From Pseudonocardiales bacterium (GTDB taxonomy: Bacteria; Actinomycetota; Actinomycetes; Mycobacteriales; Jatrophihabitantaceae): 56,618 nt of DNA. The stretch spans positions 1 to 56,618 of the forward strand of contig JAOPVO010000303.1 of assembly GCA_025966155.1 (NCBI GenBank), in the 5' to 3' direction. The notes below the pieces were generated by a model. It was given only the letters and a program-made list of their open reading frames with translations. It had not been told where the DNA came from and made no database searches. How positions within the stretch are numbered: the stretch's first letter is position 1; every line of letters begins with the position of its first letter. Made by a program: the position numbers and the translations under genes. Of the stretch, positions 27,218 to 38,850 are shown in pieces.

Positions 27218-27260
27218 AAGTTAGACCACTGGTCCAACCTGTGTCCACCACTGGTCCAAC
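27192..27260. promoter_or_regulatory. three direct copies of CTGGTCCAAC (two as ACCACTGGTCCAAC) in the gntR / rrf2 divergent region
   Basis: Copies at 27194-27203, 27229-27238 and 27251-27260. The 14-mers start at 27225 and 27247 (22-bp period) and have a palindromic ACCA-C-TGGT core. The first copy lies inside codons 3-6 of the gntR-family gene. Confidence 0.55.
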
Positions 27261-27330
27261 ACGGTTCCGGCGTCCACCCGGCGAGCGCGCCGTTCAGACC
27301 TTTCCTGCCGTTATAAGCGACAATGCAGCG

Positions 27331-27786
27331 GTGGAGATATCAGCCAAGACCGACTACGCCGTGCGCGCGCTGCTCGGGCTGGCCGCGCGGTACCCGAACC
27401 TGGTCAAGGTGGATGTCCTGGTCGAGGAGCAGAAGCTCCCGCGCAAGTTCCTCGAGGCCATCCTCGGGGATCTGCGCCGGGCCAACCTCGTCCGCAGCCA
27501 GCGCGGCGCCGAGGGCGGCTATGCCCTCGCCCGGCCCGCGGCGCAGATCACCATCGGCTCGGTCATCCGGGCTGTCGACGGGCCGCTGGCCGAGGTACGC
27601 GGGCTGCGCCCGCACGAGATGACCTATCAGGGGCTGGCCGAGCACATGCCCCAGCTCTGGGTGGCGGTGCGGGCGAGCCTCCGGCGGGTGCTGGACGAGA
27701 CGACCCTGGCCCACCTGCTCAGCGGCAAGCTCCCGACGCACGTGCGCAAGCTGACCGAGGCGCCTGACGCCTGGCAATCACGCTGA
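27331..27786 (+). CDS. Rrf2 family transcriptional regulator, cysteine-free (second paralogue)
   Basis: GTG 27331 (VEISAKTDYAVRALLGLA...LVRSQRGAEGGY). About 50% identical, without gaps, to the Rrf2 at 12784. No Cys residue. Confidence 0.88.
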   Translation: MEISAKTDYAVRALLGLAARYPNLVKVDVLVEEQKLPRKFLEAILGDLRRANLVRSQRGAEGGYALARPAAQITIGSVIRAVDGPLAEVRGLRPHEMTYQGLAEHMPQLWVAVRASLRRVLDETTLAHLLSGKLPTHVRKLTEAPDAWQSR

Positions 27787-27840
27787 TCTCACCGACCAGC
27801 CCGCGCCAGGCCAGGCGGCCGTGACGACCAGTAGGCTCCC

Positions 27841-29932
<2,092 letters not shown>

Positions 29933-29940
29933 GCACGCCC

Positions 29941-30384
29941 ATGAAGGCCCGCTACGTCGTGGTCCTGCTCTGCGGGGCCGTGCTGTTCTACATGGGCCTG
30001 ATCCTGTACTCGGCGATCTACCTGCTGACCCAGGACGATCTGGTGCTCCAAGGGCTGGCGGTCGGCATCATCCTCATCGTGCCGATCGGCGGCTGGCTGT
30101 GCTACCAGGAGATCCGCTTCGGGCAGGCGACCTCGCGCCTGGCCCGCGAGCTGCCGGAGGACCCCGAGGCGCAGTCCGAGGTGGACTCGCTCCCGCGCCG
30201 CCCGTCCGGCAGGGTGGACCGCGCCGCAGCCGACAAGCTCTTCGCCGCCCGGCGCGTCGCCGTCGAGGCGGACCCGAATGGCTGGGCCGGCTGGTACCGC
30301 CTCGCCGAGGCCTACGACCTGGCCGGGGACCGCCGCCGGGCGCGCTCGGCGATGCGCACCGCGATCGAGCGCGCGGCCAGCTGA
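29941..30384 (+). CDS. hypothetical membrane protein (2 TM plus helical C-terminal domain)
   Basis: Two N-terminal hydrophobic segments, then a charged helical region. Good GC3 bias. No recognisable motif. Confidence 0.6.
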   Translation: MKARYVVVLLCGAVLFYMGLILYSAIYLLTQDDLVLQGLAVGIILIVPIGGWLCYQEIRFGQATSRLARELPEDPEAQSEVDSLPRRPSGRVDRAAADKLFAARRVAVEADPNGWAGWYRLAEAYDLAGDRRRARSAMRTAIERAAS

Positions 30385-30385
30385 G

Positions 30386-30895
30386 CTAGTCCGAGAAGGT
30401 GGTGTGCAGGCAGATCTCCCGGAGCTCGCCGTCGCCGGTATCGAGGATCCTGACCCGCCCGTCCGGCGCCCAGCCGGAGCCGGCGAAGAACGCATCGGAG
30501 ACCGTGTCCTGCTCGGGGATCCAGGCGACGCCCTTGGTGGCTCCGCCGGCCTTGGCGATGTCCGTCGCGGCGGCGAGCAGCCGGGACCCGTTGCCGCGCC
30601 GACCCCATCGCGGCTCGACCAGCAGCGGGCCGATATCGACGGTGGCGCCGAAGACGGCGAACGCAACGAAGCCCACCGCCTCGTCCCGCTCCACGCCCAG
30701 CAGCACGTGATGGCCTGCGGTCGGAGGGTTCCGGATCGCCTCGATCCAGCTCTGCGCGGCTGACGCCTCGTCCAGCCCCTCCAGCACCGAGACCGGGAGC
30801 ACCGCGGTGTAGGCGGTACGCCAGGTGCTGAGCTGGAGGCGCGCGATCTCCGCCGCATCGGCCGAACGGGCAGGGCGAACTCCGCTGATGGCCAT
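30386..30895 (-). CDS. GNAT family N-acetyltransferase
   Basis: Acetyl-CoA motif A region (EPRWGRRGNGSRLLAAA). 169 aa. Confidence 0.85.
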   Translation of the reverse strand: MAISGVRPARSADAAEIARLQLSTWRTAYTAVLPVSVLEGLDEASAAQSWIEAIRNPPTAGHHVLLGVERDEAVGFVAFAVFGATVDIGPLLVEPRWGRRGNGSRLLAAATDIAKAGGATKGVAWIPEQDTVSDAFFAGSGWAPDGRVRILDTGDGELREICLHTTFSD

Positions 30896-30984
30896 TCCGT
30901 GAGCCTACTGAGGGAAAACCGGGGGGTCCGTAAAGCTGGTGTTCGCGGTACCTTTCCCCGACACATTGGGCAGGGAGGCCGAGG

Positions 30985-31662
30985 ATGCGCGCAGGGATCG
31001 CCGAGGCGGATCCGCCTGAGCTGGCGCCGCGCCACCGATCGCCGGATGCCCGAACGTCCGCGCTGGCCTTCGATGACGAGTTGGGCAATCGCCGGGAGCG
31101 GATCGGCTGGGTGCGCGGGATCATCTCGTCGCTGGTCGTGGCGCTGGCGACCGGGTTGGTCATCGGCTCCTGCGCCTTGCTGCTGCGCTCCGTCGACCCA
31201 GTCACCAGCGCCATCGCGGCGGTAGCGACATCCGCGCCGGCCCCGGAGGTCCCCCCCGTCGTTGCCGCCGAGGCGCCGGCGCCGGCCCCGGCCACCACGG
31301 CGCCGCCCGCGCCCGTGGTATCCGCGGCCCCGGTGCAGGCCACCGGGCGGGTGGCCGAGGGCGATCGGTCGCTGTCCTTCATCATCAGCCAGGCCCAGCT
31401 GCACGCCGGCAAGGCCGTCAGCGTCACGGTGTCGGCCACCGGCCCGGACACCGACCGCATCCAGCTGGTCAACATCACCACCGCCGACGGCACATCGCTC
31501 ACCTCGGGCACCGCCGCCGGGTGCGCCGGCCCGGCGTACCCATGGTCGCAGGCCTTCGCGATCACCTTCGCGTCGGCTGAGTCCACCGAGATCCGGGTCC
31601 AGCTGACGTCGTGCACCGGCAAGGTCCTGACGGCGACCAGCCTGGTCGACGTCCAGCCCTGA
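30985..31662 (+). CDS. hypothetical membrane-anchored protein (1 TM, Ala/Pro linker, ~110-aa Cys-containing C-terminal domain)
   Basis: GGGAGG SD before ATG 30985. TM segment IISSLVVALATGLVIGSCALLL. Low-complexity APAP linker. No family recognised. Confidence 0.55.
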   Translation: MRAGIAEADPPELAPRHRSPDARTSALAFDDELGNRRERIGWVRGIISSLVVALATGLVIGSCALLLRSVDPVTSAIAAVATSAPAPEVPPVVAAEAPAPAPATTAPPAPVVSAAPVQATGRVAEGDRSLSFIISQAQLHAGKAVSVTVSATGPDTDRIQLVNITTADGTSLTSGTAAGCAGPAYPWSQAFAITFASAESTEIRVQLTSCTGKVLTATSLVDVQP

Positions 31663-32900
31663 GCACGCACCTCAGCGCCGCGACGGCCCGCCGGATCGCA
31701 CTCGCCGCGCAGGGCTTCGACCGCCCCCGCAGCGGCGGCCGGATCGACCGCCGCCACTTGCGCCGGCTGATCGACCAGATCGGCATCCTCCAGCTGGATT
31801 CGGTCAATGTGCTCGTCCCGTCCCACTACCTCCCGGTCTTCTCCCGCCTCGGCCCCTACTCCCGGACGCTGCTGGACGAGTTCGCCTGGGGGCCGGACAA
31901 GGAGCTGTTCGAGTACTGGATGCACATGGCCTCGCTCGCGCCGCTGCGCACGCAGCCGTCGATGCGGTGGCGGATGGCCCGGGTCCACACCGACGCATGG
32001 GGCGGGATCAGCGCGGCCGGGCGGCACGAGGAGCGGGTCGCGGCGGTTCTGGCGGCCGTCGAGCGGCTCGGACCGGCCCGCGGCGGGGAGATCGAGGCGG
32101 CGGTCACCGCGATCGACCCGACCCTGGTCGCGCCGCGGGCGGCCCGCCCCGCCGGCGATATGTGGAACTGGGACGACACCAAGCGCAGCCTGGAGTTCCT
32201 CTTCTATACGGGCCAGATCACCGCATCGGCCCGCGTGCACTTCCAGCGCCTCTACGACCTGACCGAGCGGGTGCTGCCGCCGGCGATCACGGCCACCCCG
32301 ACGCCGACCGAGACCGACGCCCAGATCGAGCTGACCCGGATCGCCGCGCGGGCCATGGGCATCGCGACCGAGCCGGATCTGCGCGACTACTTCCGGCTCA
32401 AGCCCGGGCCGTCGCGGGCCGCGATCGCCGCGCTGGTCGAATCCGGCGAGCTGCTCGAGGCCACCGTCGAGGGCTGGCGGGCGCCGGCCTACCTGGTGCC
32501 CGGCGCCGCCCGCCCCCGGCGCGTGGCGGCGCGGGCGCTGCTCAGCCCCTTCGACTCCCTCATCTGGTTCCGCGACCGGGCCCTGCGGATCTTCGACTTC
32601 CACTTCCGCCTGGAGATCTACACGCCCAAGCACAAGCGGGTGCACGGCTACTACGTCCTGCCGTTCCTCATGGACGAGCGGATCGTCGCGCGGGTCGACG
32701 TGGCTGCGGATCGGCGCGAGCGGCGGCTGGTGGTGCACGCGGCGCACGCGGAGGCCGATGCCGACCACGACGCGACCGCCGCGGCGCTGGCCCTCGAACT
32801 CGAGACTATGGGGGGCTGGCTCGGACTCGATGGCGTTGTCGTGGGCCCGGGCGGCGACCTGTCCGCGGCGCTGAGCCGCGCCGTGGCGCAGCGGGGATAG
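31611..32900 (+). CDS. winged-helix DNA glycosylase-like protein, YcaQ/AlkZ (DUF1006) family
   Basis: N-terminus ARRIALAAQGFDRPR...LRRLIDQIGILQLDSVNVLVPSHYLPVFSRLGPY, C-terminus FDFHFRLEIYTPKHKRVHGYYVLPFL. The only canonical in-frame start is GTG 31611, a 52-nt overlap with the upstream gene. Confidence 0.8.
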   Translation: MHRQGPDGDQPGRRPALSTHLSAATARRIALAAQGFDRPRSGGRIDRRHLRRLIDQIGILQLDSVNVLVPSHYLPVFSRLGPYSRTLLDEFAWGPDKELFEYWMHMASLAPLRTQPSMRWRMARVHTDAWGGISAAGRHEERVAAVLAAVERLGPARGGEIEAAVTAIDPTLVAPRAARPAGDMWNWDDTKRSLEFLFYTGQITASARVHFQRLYDLTERVLPPAITATPTPTETDAQIELTRIAARAMGIATEPDLRDYFRLKPGPSRAAIAALVESGELLEATVEGWRAPAYLVPGAARPRRVAARALLSPFDSLIWFRDRALRIFDFHFRLEIYTPKHKRVHGYYVLPFLMDERIVARVDVAADRRERRLVVHAAHAEADADHDATAAALALELETMGGWLGLDGVVVGPGGDLSAALSRAVAQRG

Positions 32901-32909
32901 GCTCCCTCG

Positions 32910-33662
32910 GTGCCCGAGATCGCCGCGATGCACGTCCAGGCCATCGCCTGGACGCAGTTCGCCCCGCCCGTCGACACCCCCTGGGACACCGACAGCAGCG
33001 GCGGCGAGGCGCTGGCGGAGTTCGCCGGCCGGGCCTGCTACCAGTCGTGGGACAAGCCCAATCCGGCTACTGCGACCAATGCCGGCTATCTGCGCCACAT
33101 CCTGGAGGTCGGCCACCTCTCGGTGCTGGAGCACGGCACCGTGACCTTCTACTTGACCGGGCTGTCGCGCTCGCTGACCCACGAGCTCATCCGCCACCGG
33201 CACTTCTCCTATTCGCAGCTGTCGCAGCGCTATGTGCCCGAGCGCGATGCCCTGATGGTCGAGCCCGAGGTCATTGCCGAGGACCCCGAGCTGCACGCCC
33301 GGTTCGTCGAGGCCACAGCCGCGGCGGTGAGGGCCTACACCGACCTGCTCGAGGGGCTGGAGAAGAAGTTCGCCGATACCGAGAACGCCACGCTGCGGCG
33401 CAAGCAGGCTCGGCAAGCGGCGCGGGCGATCCTGCCCAATGCGACCGAGACCCGCATCGTGGTCACCGGCAACTACCGGGCCTGGCGGCACTTCATCGCC
33501 ATGCGAGCCTCCGAGCACGCCGACGTCGAGATCCGGGGCCTGGCCGTCGCCTGCCTCCGCGAGCTGGATCGCATAGCACCCAATGTGTTCGCCGATTTCG
33601 AGATCACCCTGCTGCCCGACGGCACCGAGGTCGCGTCCAGCCCGTTCGTCGCGGAGGGCTGA
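32910..33662 (+). CDS. thyX: FAD-dependent thymidylate synthase
   Basis: ThyX signature [14 protein letters not shown]. 250 aa. Confidence 0.95.
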   Translation: MPEIAAMHVQAIAWTQFAPPVDTPWDTDSSGGEALAEFAGRACYQSWDKPNPATATNAGYLRHILEVGHLSVLEHGTVTFYLTGLSRSLTHELIRHRHFSYSQLSQRYVPERDALMVEPEVIAEDPELHARFVEATAAAVRAYTDLLEGLEKKFADTENATLRRKQARQAARAILPNATETRIVVTGNYRAWRHFIAMRASEHADVEIRGLAVACLRELDRIAPNVFADFEITLLPDGTEVASSPFVAEG

Positions 33663-34278
33663 CCTGCTGTCGCCCACCCGGCTCGACGAGCTCGCCGAGC
33701 GGGCAGCGGCGCTTCCGCGATCGGCCGGGCGGCGCGCGCTGCTGGGAATCGCCGGCGCGCCGGGGTCCGGCAAGTCGACGCTGGCGCAGGCCCTCGCTGA
33801 TCGCCTCGGCCCATCGGCGGCATTGGTGCCTATGGACGGGTTCCATATCGCCGATGCCGTCCTCGTCGCCACCGGCGCGCGGGACCGCAAGGGCGCGCCG
33901 GACACCTTCGATGCCGATGGCTACATCGCGATCCTCGAGCGTCTGCGCATCGCGGATGCGACGGTCTATGCGCCGCGGTTCGACCGCGCGATCGAGGACT
34001 CCATCGCGGCGGCGATCGCGGTCCCGGCGGGCGCCGCGCTGGTGATCACCGAGGGCAACTACCTGCTGCACTGGCCGCGGGCGCGCGGGGCGCTCGATGA
34101 GGTGTGGTTCGTCGACCTGCCCGCGGAGCTTCGGCGCGATCGGCTGATCGCCCGGCATATTGCCTTCGGCCGGAGCCCGGCCGACGCCCGGTCCTTCGCA
34201 TTGGGCTCCGATGAGCGCAACGCCGGGCTGATCGAGGGCGGCCGGCACCTCGCCGATCTTGTGCTGACCGATGACTGA
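33583..34278 (+). CDS. P-loop nucleoside/nucleotide kinase family protein (uridine/pantothenate-kinase-like)
   Basis: Walker [15 protein letters not shown]. Start uncertain: ATG 33583 overlaps thyX by 80 nt, and after the thyX stop only CTG codons (33664, 33667) are available. Confidence 0.7.
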   Translation: MCSPISRSPCCPTAPRSRPARSSRRADLLSPTRLDELAERAAALPRSAGRRALLGIAGAPGSGKSTLAQALADRLGPSAALVPMDGFHIADAVLVATGARDRKGAPDTFDADGYIAILERLRIADATVYAPRFDRAIEDSIAAAIAVPAGAALVITEGNYLLHWPRARGALDEVWFVDLPAELRRDRLIARHIAFGRSPADARSFALGSDERNAGLIEGGRHLADLVLTDD

Positions 34279-35515
34279 CGCCCGCTTCCTCGCCCCGCCG
34301 CCGGGCGGGCCGGATGTGCGGTGGCTGCTGGGCGAGGCCCGCCGATTGATCGACTTCGCCCGGGCGTCCCGCGACCCGCGCGGCGGGTTCGGCTGGCTGT
34401 CCGACGACGGGGCGCTGCTGCCCGACGGGCCGCGCGAGACGTACATGACCGCGCGCATGACCCACGTGTTCGCCCTGGGCCAGCTGCTCGGGGAGCCGGA
34501 CTGCGCGCCGCTCGTGCAGCACGGCCTCGACGCCTTGGCCGGGCCATTCCGCGACGCGGCCAACGGCGGCTGGCTCACCGCGCTGGACGGCGCCCCGGGT
34601 GGATCCACCAAGGCCGCCTACACGCACGCGTTCGTCGTCCTCGCCGCCTCCAGCGCAGTGATTGCCGGGCATGCGCGCGCGGCGGCGCTGCTCGACTCCG
34701 CGCTGGCAGTTGTGCTGAACCGATTCTGGGACGACGAGGCCGGGCTGGTCGTCGACGTGCGCTCCTCGGACTGGGCGACGACCGACCCGTATCGCGGGGC
34801 GAACGCCAATATGCACATGGTCGAGGCGATGCTGGCCGCGGCGGACGCGACCGGGGATCCGGCGTGGAGCGAGCGCGCGGGGCGCATCCTGCGGCGGCTG
34901 ATCGGGGGATTCGCGCAGGAGCGGGCGTGGCGGCTGCCCGAGCACTACGACTCGGGATGGCAGGTTCAGCCCGACTACAACCGGGACGACCCGGCGCACC
35001 CGTTCCGCCCGTATGGCGTGACGATCGGGCATCTGCTCGAGTGGTCCAGGCTGTGCCTGAATGCTCAGGCGGCGGGCCCGGCCGTCGGCGCCGAGCCGCT
35101 GCGCCTGGCGCAGGGGCTGTTCAATACCGCGGTGCGCGATGGGTGGGCCGTCGATGGCGCGCCCGGTTTCATCTACACGACCGACTGGGACGGCTGGCCG
35201 GTCGTGCGCAACCGCCTGCACTGGGTGGCGGCCGAGGGCATCGCGGCGGCGGCGGCGCTGTGGCGGGCCACCGGCGAGCTGCGCTACGCCGAGCTGCATG
35301 CGCAGTGGTGGGCCTATGCGCAGGAGCACCTGATCGACCTCGACCGCGGATCGTGGCACCACGAGCTGGACCCGGCCAACACCCCGGCGACCGGGACCTG
35401 GTCGGGGAAGCCGGATGCGTATCACGCGCTGCAGGCCGCCCTCCTGCCGATGCTGCCGCTGAACCCGGGCATCGCCTTGGGGGTTCGTCAGATTCCGTTC
35501 ACCCTGGGGCACTAG
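34271..35515 (+). CDS. AGE family epimerase/isomerase (N-acylglucosamine 2-epimerase fold)
   Basis: (alpha/alpha)6-barrel-type repeats (GGFGWL, MTARMTHVFALG, GGW, NANMHMVEA, HLLEWSRL, HWVAAEG, GSWHHEL). 8-nt overlap with the kinase gene. Confidence 0.8.
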   Translation: MTDARFLAPPPGGPDVRWLLGEARRLIDFARASRDPRGGFGWLSDDGALLPDGPRETYMTARMTHVFALGQLLGEPDCAPLVQHGLDALAGPFRDAANGGWLTALDGAPGGSTKAAYTHAFVVLAASSAVIAGHARAAALLDSALAVVLNRFWDDEAGLVVDVRSSDWATTDPYRGANANMHMVEAMLAAADATGDPAWSERAGRILRRLIGGFAQERAWRLPEHYDSGWQVQPDYNRDDPAHPFRPYGVTIGHLLEWSRLCLNAQAAGPAVGAEPLRLAQGLFNTAVRDGWAVDGAPGFIYTTDWDGWPVVRNRLHWVAAEGIAAAAALWRATGELRYAELHAQWWAYAQEHLIDLDRGSWHHELDPANTPATGTWSGKPDAYHALQAALLPMLPLNPGIALGVRQIPFTLGH

Positions 35516-35524
35516 CGTCTGGCC

Positions 35525-36664
35525 GTGCGCACGCCTCGAGTACAGCCGATCAAGTCGCTGGCCGCCCGCATCCACCGCGAGGGCCATCATGAGGGCCATT
35601 CGCCAGTGGAGCATGAGACCGGCCCTTCCATCACCCATCCGACCGGCTCGATCGTCGGCAGCGCGGTGTACCGCGGCGGCGAGCGGGTGTCGTCCCCGAC
35701 ATCGCTGGGCGAGGTCTACCGCCAGCTGGACGAGCTGCCCGACGCGCTGGCCTGGATCGGGCTGTATCGCCCCGATGAGGCCCAGATCGCGTCGCTGGCC
35801 GAGGAGTTCGATCTGCACCATCTTGCGGTCGAGGACGCGATCACCGCCCATCAGCGCCCGAAGCTCGAGCGCTACGGCGACACGCTGCTGGTGGTCCTGC
35901 GTGCGGCCCGCTACGTCGACGCCGCCGAGGAGGTCGAGTTCGGCGAGCTGCACGTCTTCGTCGGCGCCCGGTTCGTCGCCACGGTGCGCCATGCCGAATC
36001 CCCGGACCTCTCGACGGTGCGGGCCCGGATGGAGGCCGATCCGGAGCTGCTCGGGCGCGGGCCCGAGGCGGTTCTATACGCGATCATGGACACCGTCGTC
36101 GACGAGTACAGCCCGGTCGTCGCCGGCCTGTCGAACGACATCGACGAGATCGAGATCGAGGTCTTCAATGGCGATCCGGCGGTGTCGCGGCGCATCTATG
36201 AGCTGTCCCGCGAGGTGATCGAGTTCCAGCGGGCGATCCACCCGCTGCCTGGGATGATCGCGTCGCTGGCCGCCGGGTTCGACAAGTACGGCATCGACGA
36301 GGAGCTGCGCCGCCACCTGCGCGATGTCGCCGACCACGTCACCGTGGTCAACGAGAAGGTCGATGGATTCCGGCAGCTGCTGCGCGACATGCTGACGGTG
36401 AACGCCACGCTGGTGGCGCAGCGGCAGAACGAGGAGATGAAGAGCCTCAGCGAGGCCAGCAACCTGCAGAACGAGGAGGTCAAGAAGATCTCCGCCTGGG
36501 CCGCCATCCTGTTCGCCCCGACCCTGGTGGGCACGGTGTACGGCATGAACTTCGACCACATGCCCGAGCTGCATTGGTACTGGGGCTATCCATTCGCGGT
36601 GTGCGCGATGCTGATGGTCAGCCTCACGCTGTACGTGGTGTTCAGCAAGCGCGGCTGGCTCTAG
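35525..36664 (+). CDS. corA: magnesium/cobalt transporter CorA
   Basis: YGMNF (GMN) motif between two C-terminal TM helices. Start is GTG 35525, but a later start is possible. Confidence 0.9.
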   Translation: MRTPRVQPIKSLAARIHREGHHEGHSPVEHETGPSITHPTGSIVGSAVYRGGERVSSPTSLGEVYRQLDELPDALAWIGLYRPDEAQIASLAEEFDLHHLAVEDAITAHQRPKLERYGDTLLVVLRAARYVDAAEEVEFGELHVFVGARFVATVRHAESPDLSTVRARMEADPELLGRGPEAVLYAIMDTVVDEYSPVVAGLSNDIDEIEIEVFNGDPAVSRRIYELSREVIEFQRAIHPLPGMIASLAAGFDKYGIDEELRRHLRDVADHVTVVNEKVDGFRQLLRDMLTVNATLVAQRQNEEMKSLSEASNLQNEEVKKISAWAAILFAPTLVGTVYGMNFDHMPELHWYWGYPFAVCAMLMVSLTLYVVFSKRGWL

Positions 36665-36665
36665 G

Positions 36666-37211
36666 TCACGCCGGGGGCAGCGGCACGGCGCAGACGTCGG
36701 CCAGCTCGGCCGCGTCGATGATGGTCGGCCAGCTCGGCGGCGCCACAACGGCGCCGTTCTCCAGGTCGGCGCCGGTCAGCGGCGGGGCCGCCTCGAGCGC
36801 TGCCTGCTCCTCGGCTGAGAACACCCGGCCGCGGGTCAGGAAGCGCACGCCCTCCGGGGACTCCAGGCTGAAGCCGCCGCCGCGCCCGGGCACGACGTCG
36901 AGCACGAGCTGGGTGTGCCGCCACGCCTCGAACTGGCTGCTGGAGATCCACACGCGGGGGGCGTCGAGCTCATGCGAGTCGTCGACGATCAGCTCGCCGA
37001 GCAGGATGTCGCGATCGCCGACGATGAAGTCGCCGCGCGGATAGCACATAGGCGACGATCCATCGCAGCAGCCGCCGGATTGATGGAACATCAGAGCTCC
37101 GTTGCGGTCCTCCAGGAGGCGGATCAGCTCCGCCGCCTGGAGGCTCGCAACCACTCGATTGGGCGGCGCGAGCAGGGTGCTGCGTTCGTCGCTGGCTTCG
37201 TCGAACGTCAT
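36666..37211 (-). CDS. DUF779 domain-containing protein
   Basis: FHQSGGCCDGSSPMCYP motif. Lies directly downstream of the aldehyde dehydrogenase gene, the usual partner. Confidence 0.85.
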   Translation of the reverse strand: MTFDEASDERSTLLAPPNRVVASLQAAELIRLLEDRNGALMFHQSGGCCDGSSPMCYPRGDFIVGDRDILLGELIVDDSHELDAPRVWISSSQFEAWRHTQLVLDVVPGRGGGFSLESPEGVRFLTRGRVFSAEEQAALEAAPPLTGADLENGAVVAPPSWPTIIDAAELADVCAVPLPPA

Positions 37212-37241
37212 TGTCCGTACCGCCTATCGAATTGGACCGGC

Positions 37242-38765
<1,524 letters not shown>

Positions 38766-38825
38766 CGCTGCTGGTCCTCTCGCACGTCGGTGTGACCTGG
38801 GACACCCGACGCTAGGACCCGCAGA

Positions 38826-38842
38826 GTTGCACGGACGTTGCA
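38826..38842. promoter_or_regulatory. direct hexamer repeat GTTGCA-N5-GTTGCA (11-bp period) upstream of the aldehyde dehydrogenase gene
   Basis: Read directly. It lies 61-77 nt upstream of the ALDH start and 9 nt past the stop of the regulator gene. Confidence 0.45.
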
Positions 38843-38850
38843 GAGCCGGG

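Noticed and set aside
8546-27330. Mobile genetic element hallmarks at the borders of the pnp-pepR insertion
   Set aside because: No integrase, transposase, tRNA attachment site, or long direct or inverted terminal repeats were seen by eye. It is treated as a metabolic island of unknown origin, not called as a mobile element.
30312-33905. 1197-aa minus-strand ORF spanning the GNAT gene to thyX
   Set aside because: It overlaps four well-supported genes (three on the opposite strand). The composition is dominated by R/G/A/P and no domain is recognisable. It is a GC-bias artefact.
34046-35992. 648-aa minus-strand ORF, plus similar long shadow ORFs (16489-18036, 29158-31404, 36915-38795, 38827-40209, 41616-43514, 44551-45840, 51951-53798)
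   Set aside because: Each lies opposite or out of frame to a gene with clear catalytic motifs (AGE epimerase, GlcD-like oxidase, dapB, ALDH, the regulator, ftsK, rimO, lhr). Each translates to low-complexity Arg/Gly-rich sequence.
38826-38842. Sigma-54 type -24/-12 promoter (TGCAAC-N5-TGCAAC) with an AcoR-like activator
   Set aside because: The spacing and sequence do not fit GG-N10-GC. The adjacent regulator lacks AAA+ Walker motifs. Actinobacteria are not known to use sigma-54.
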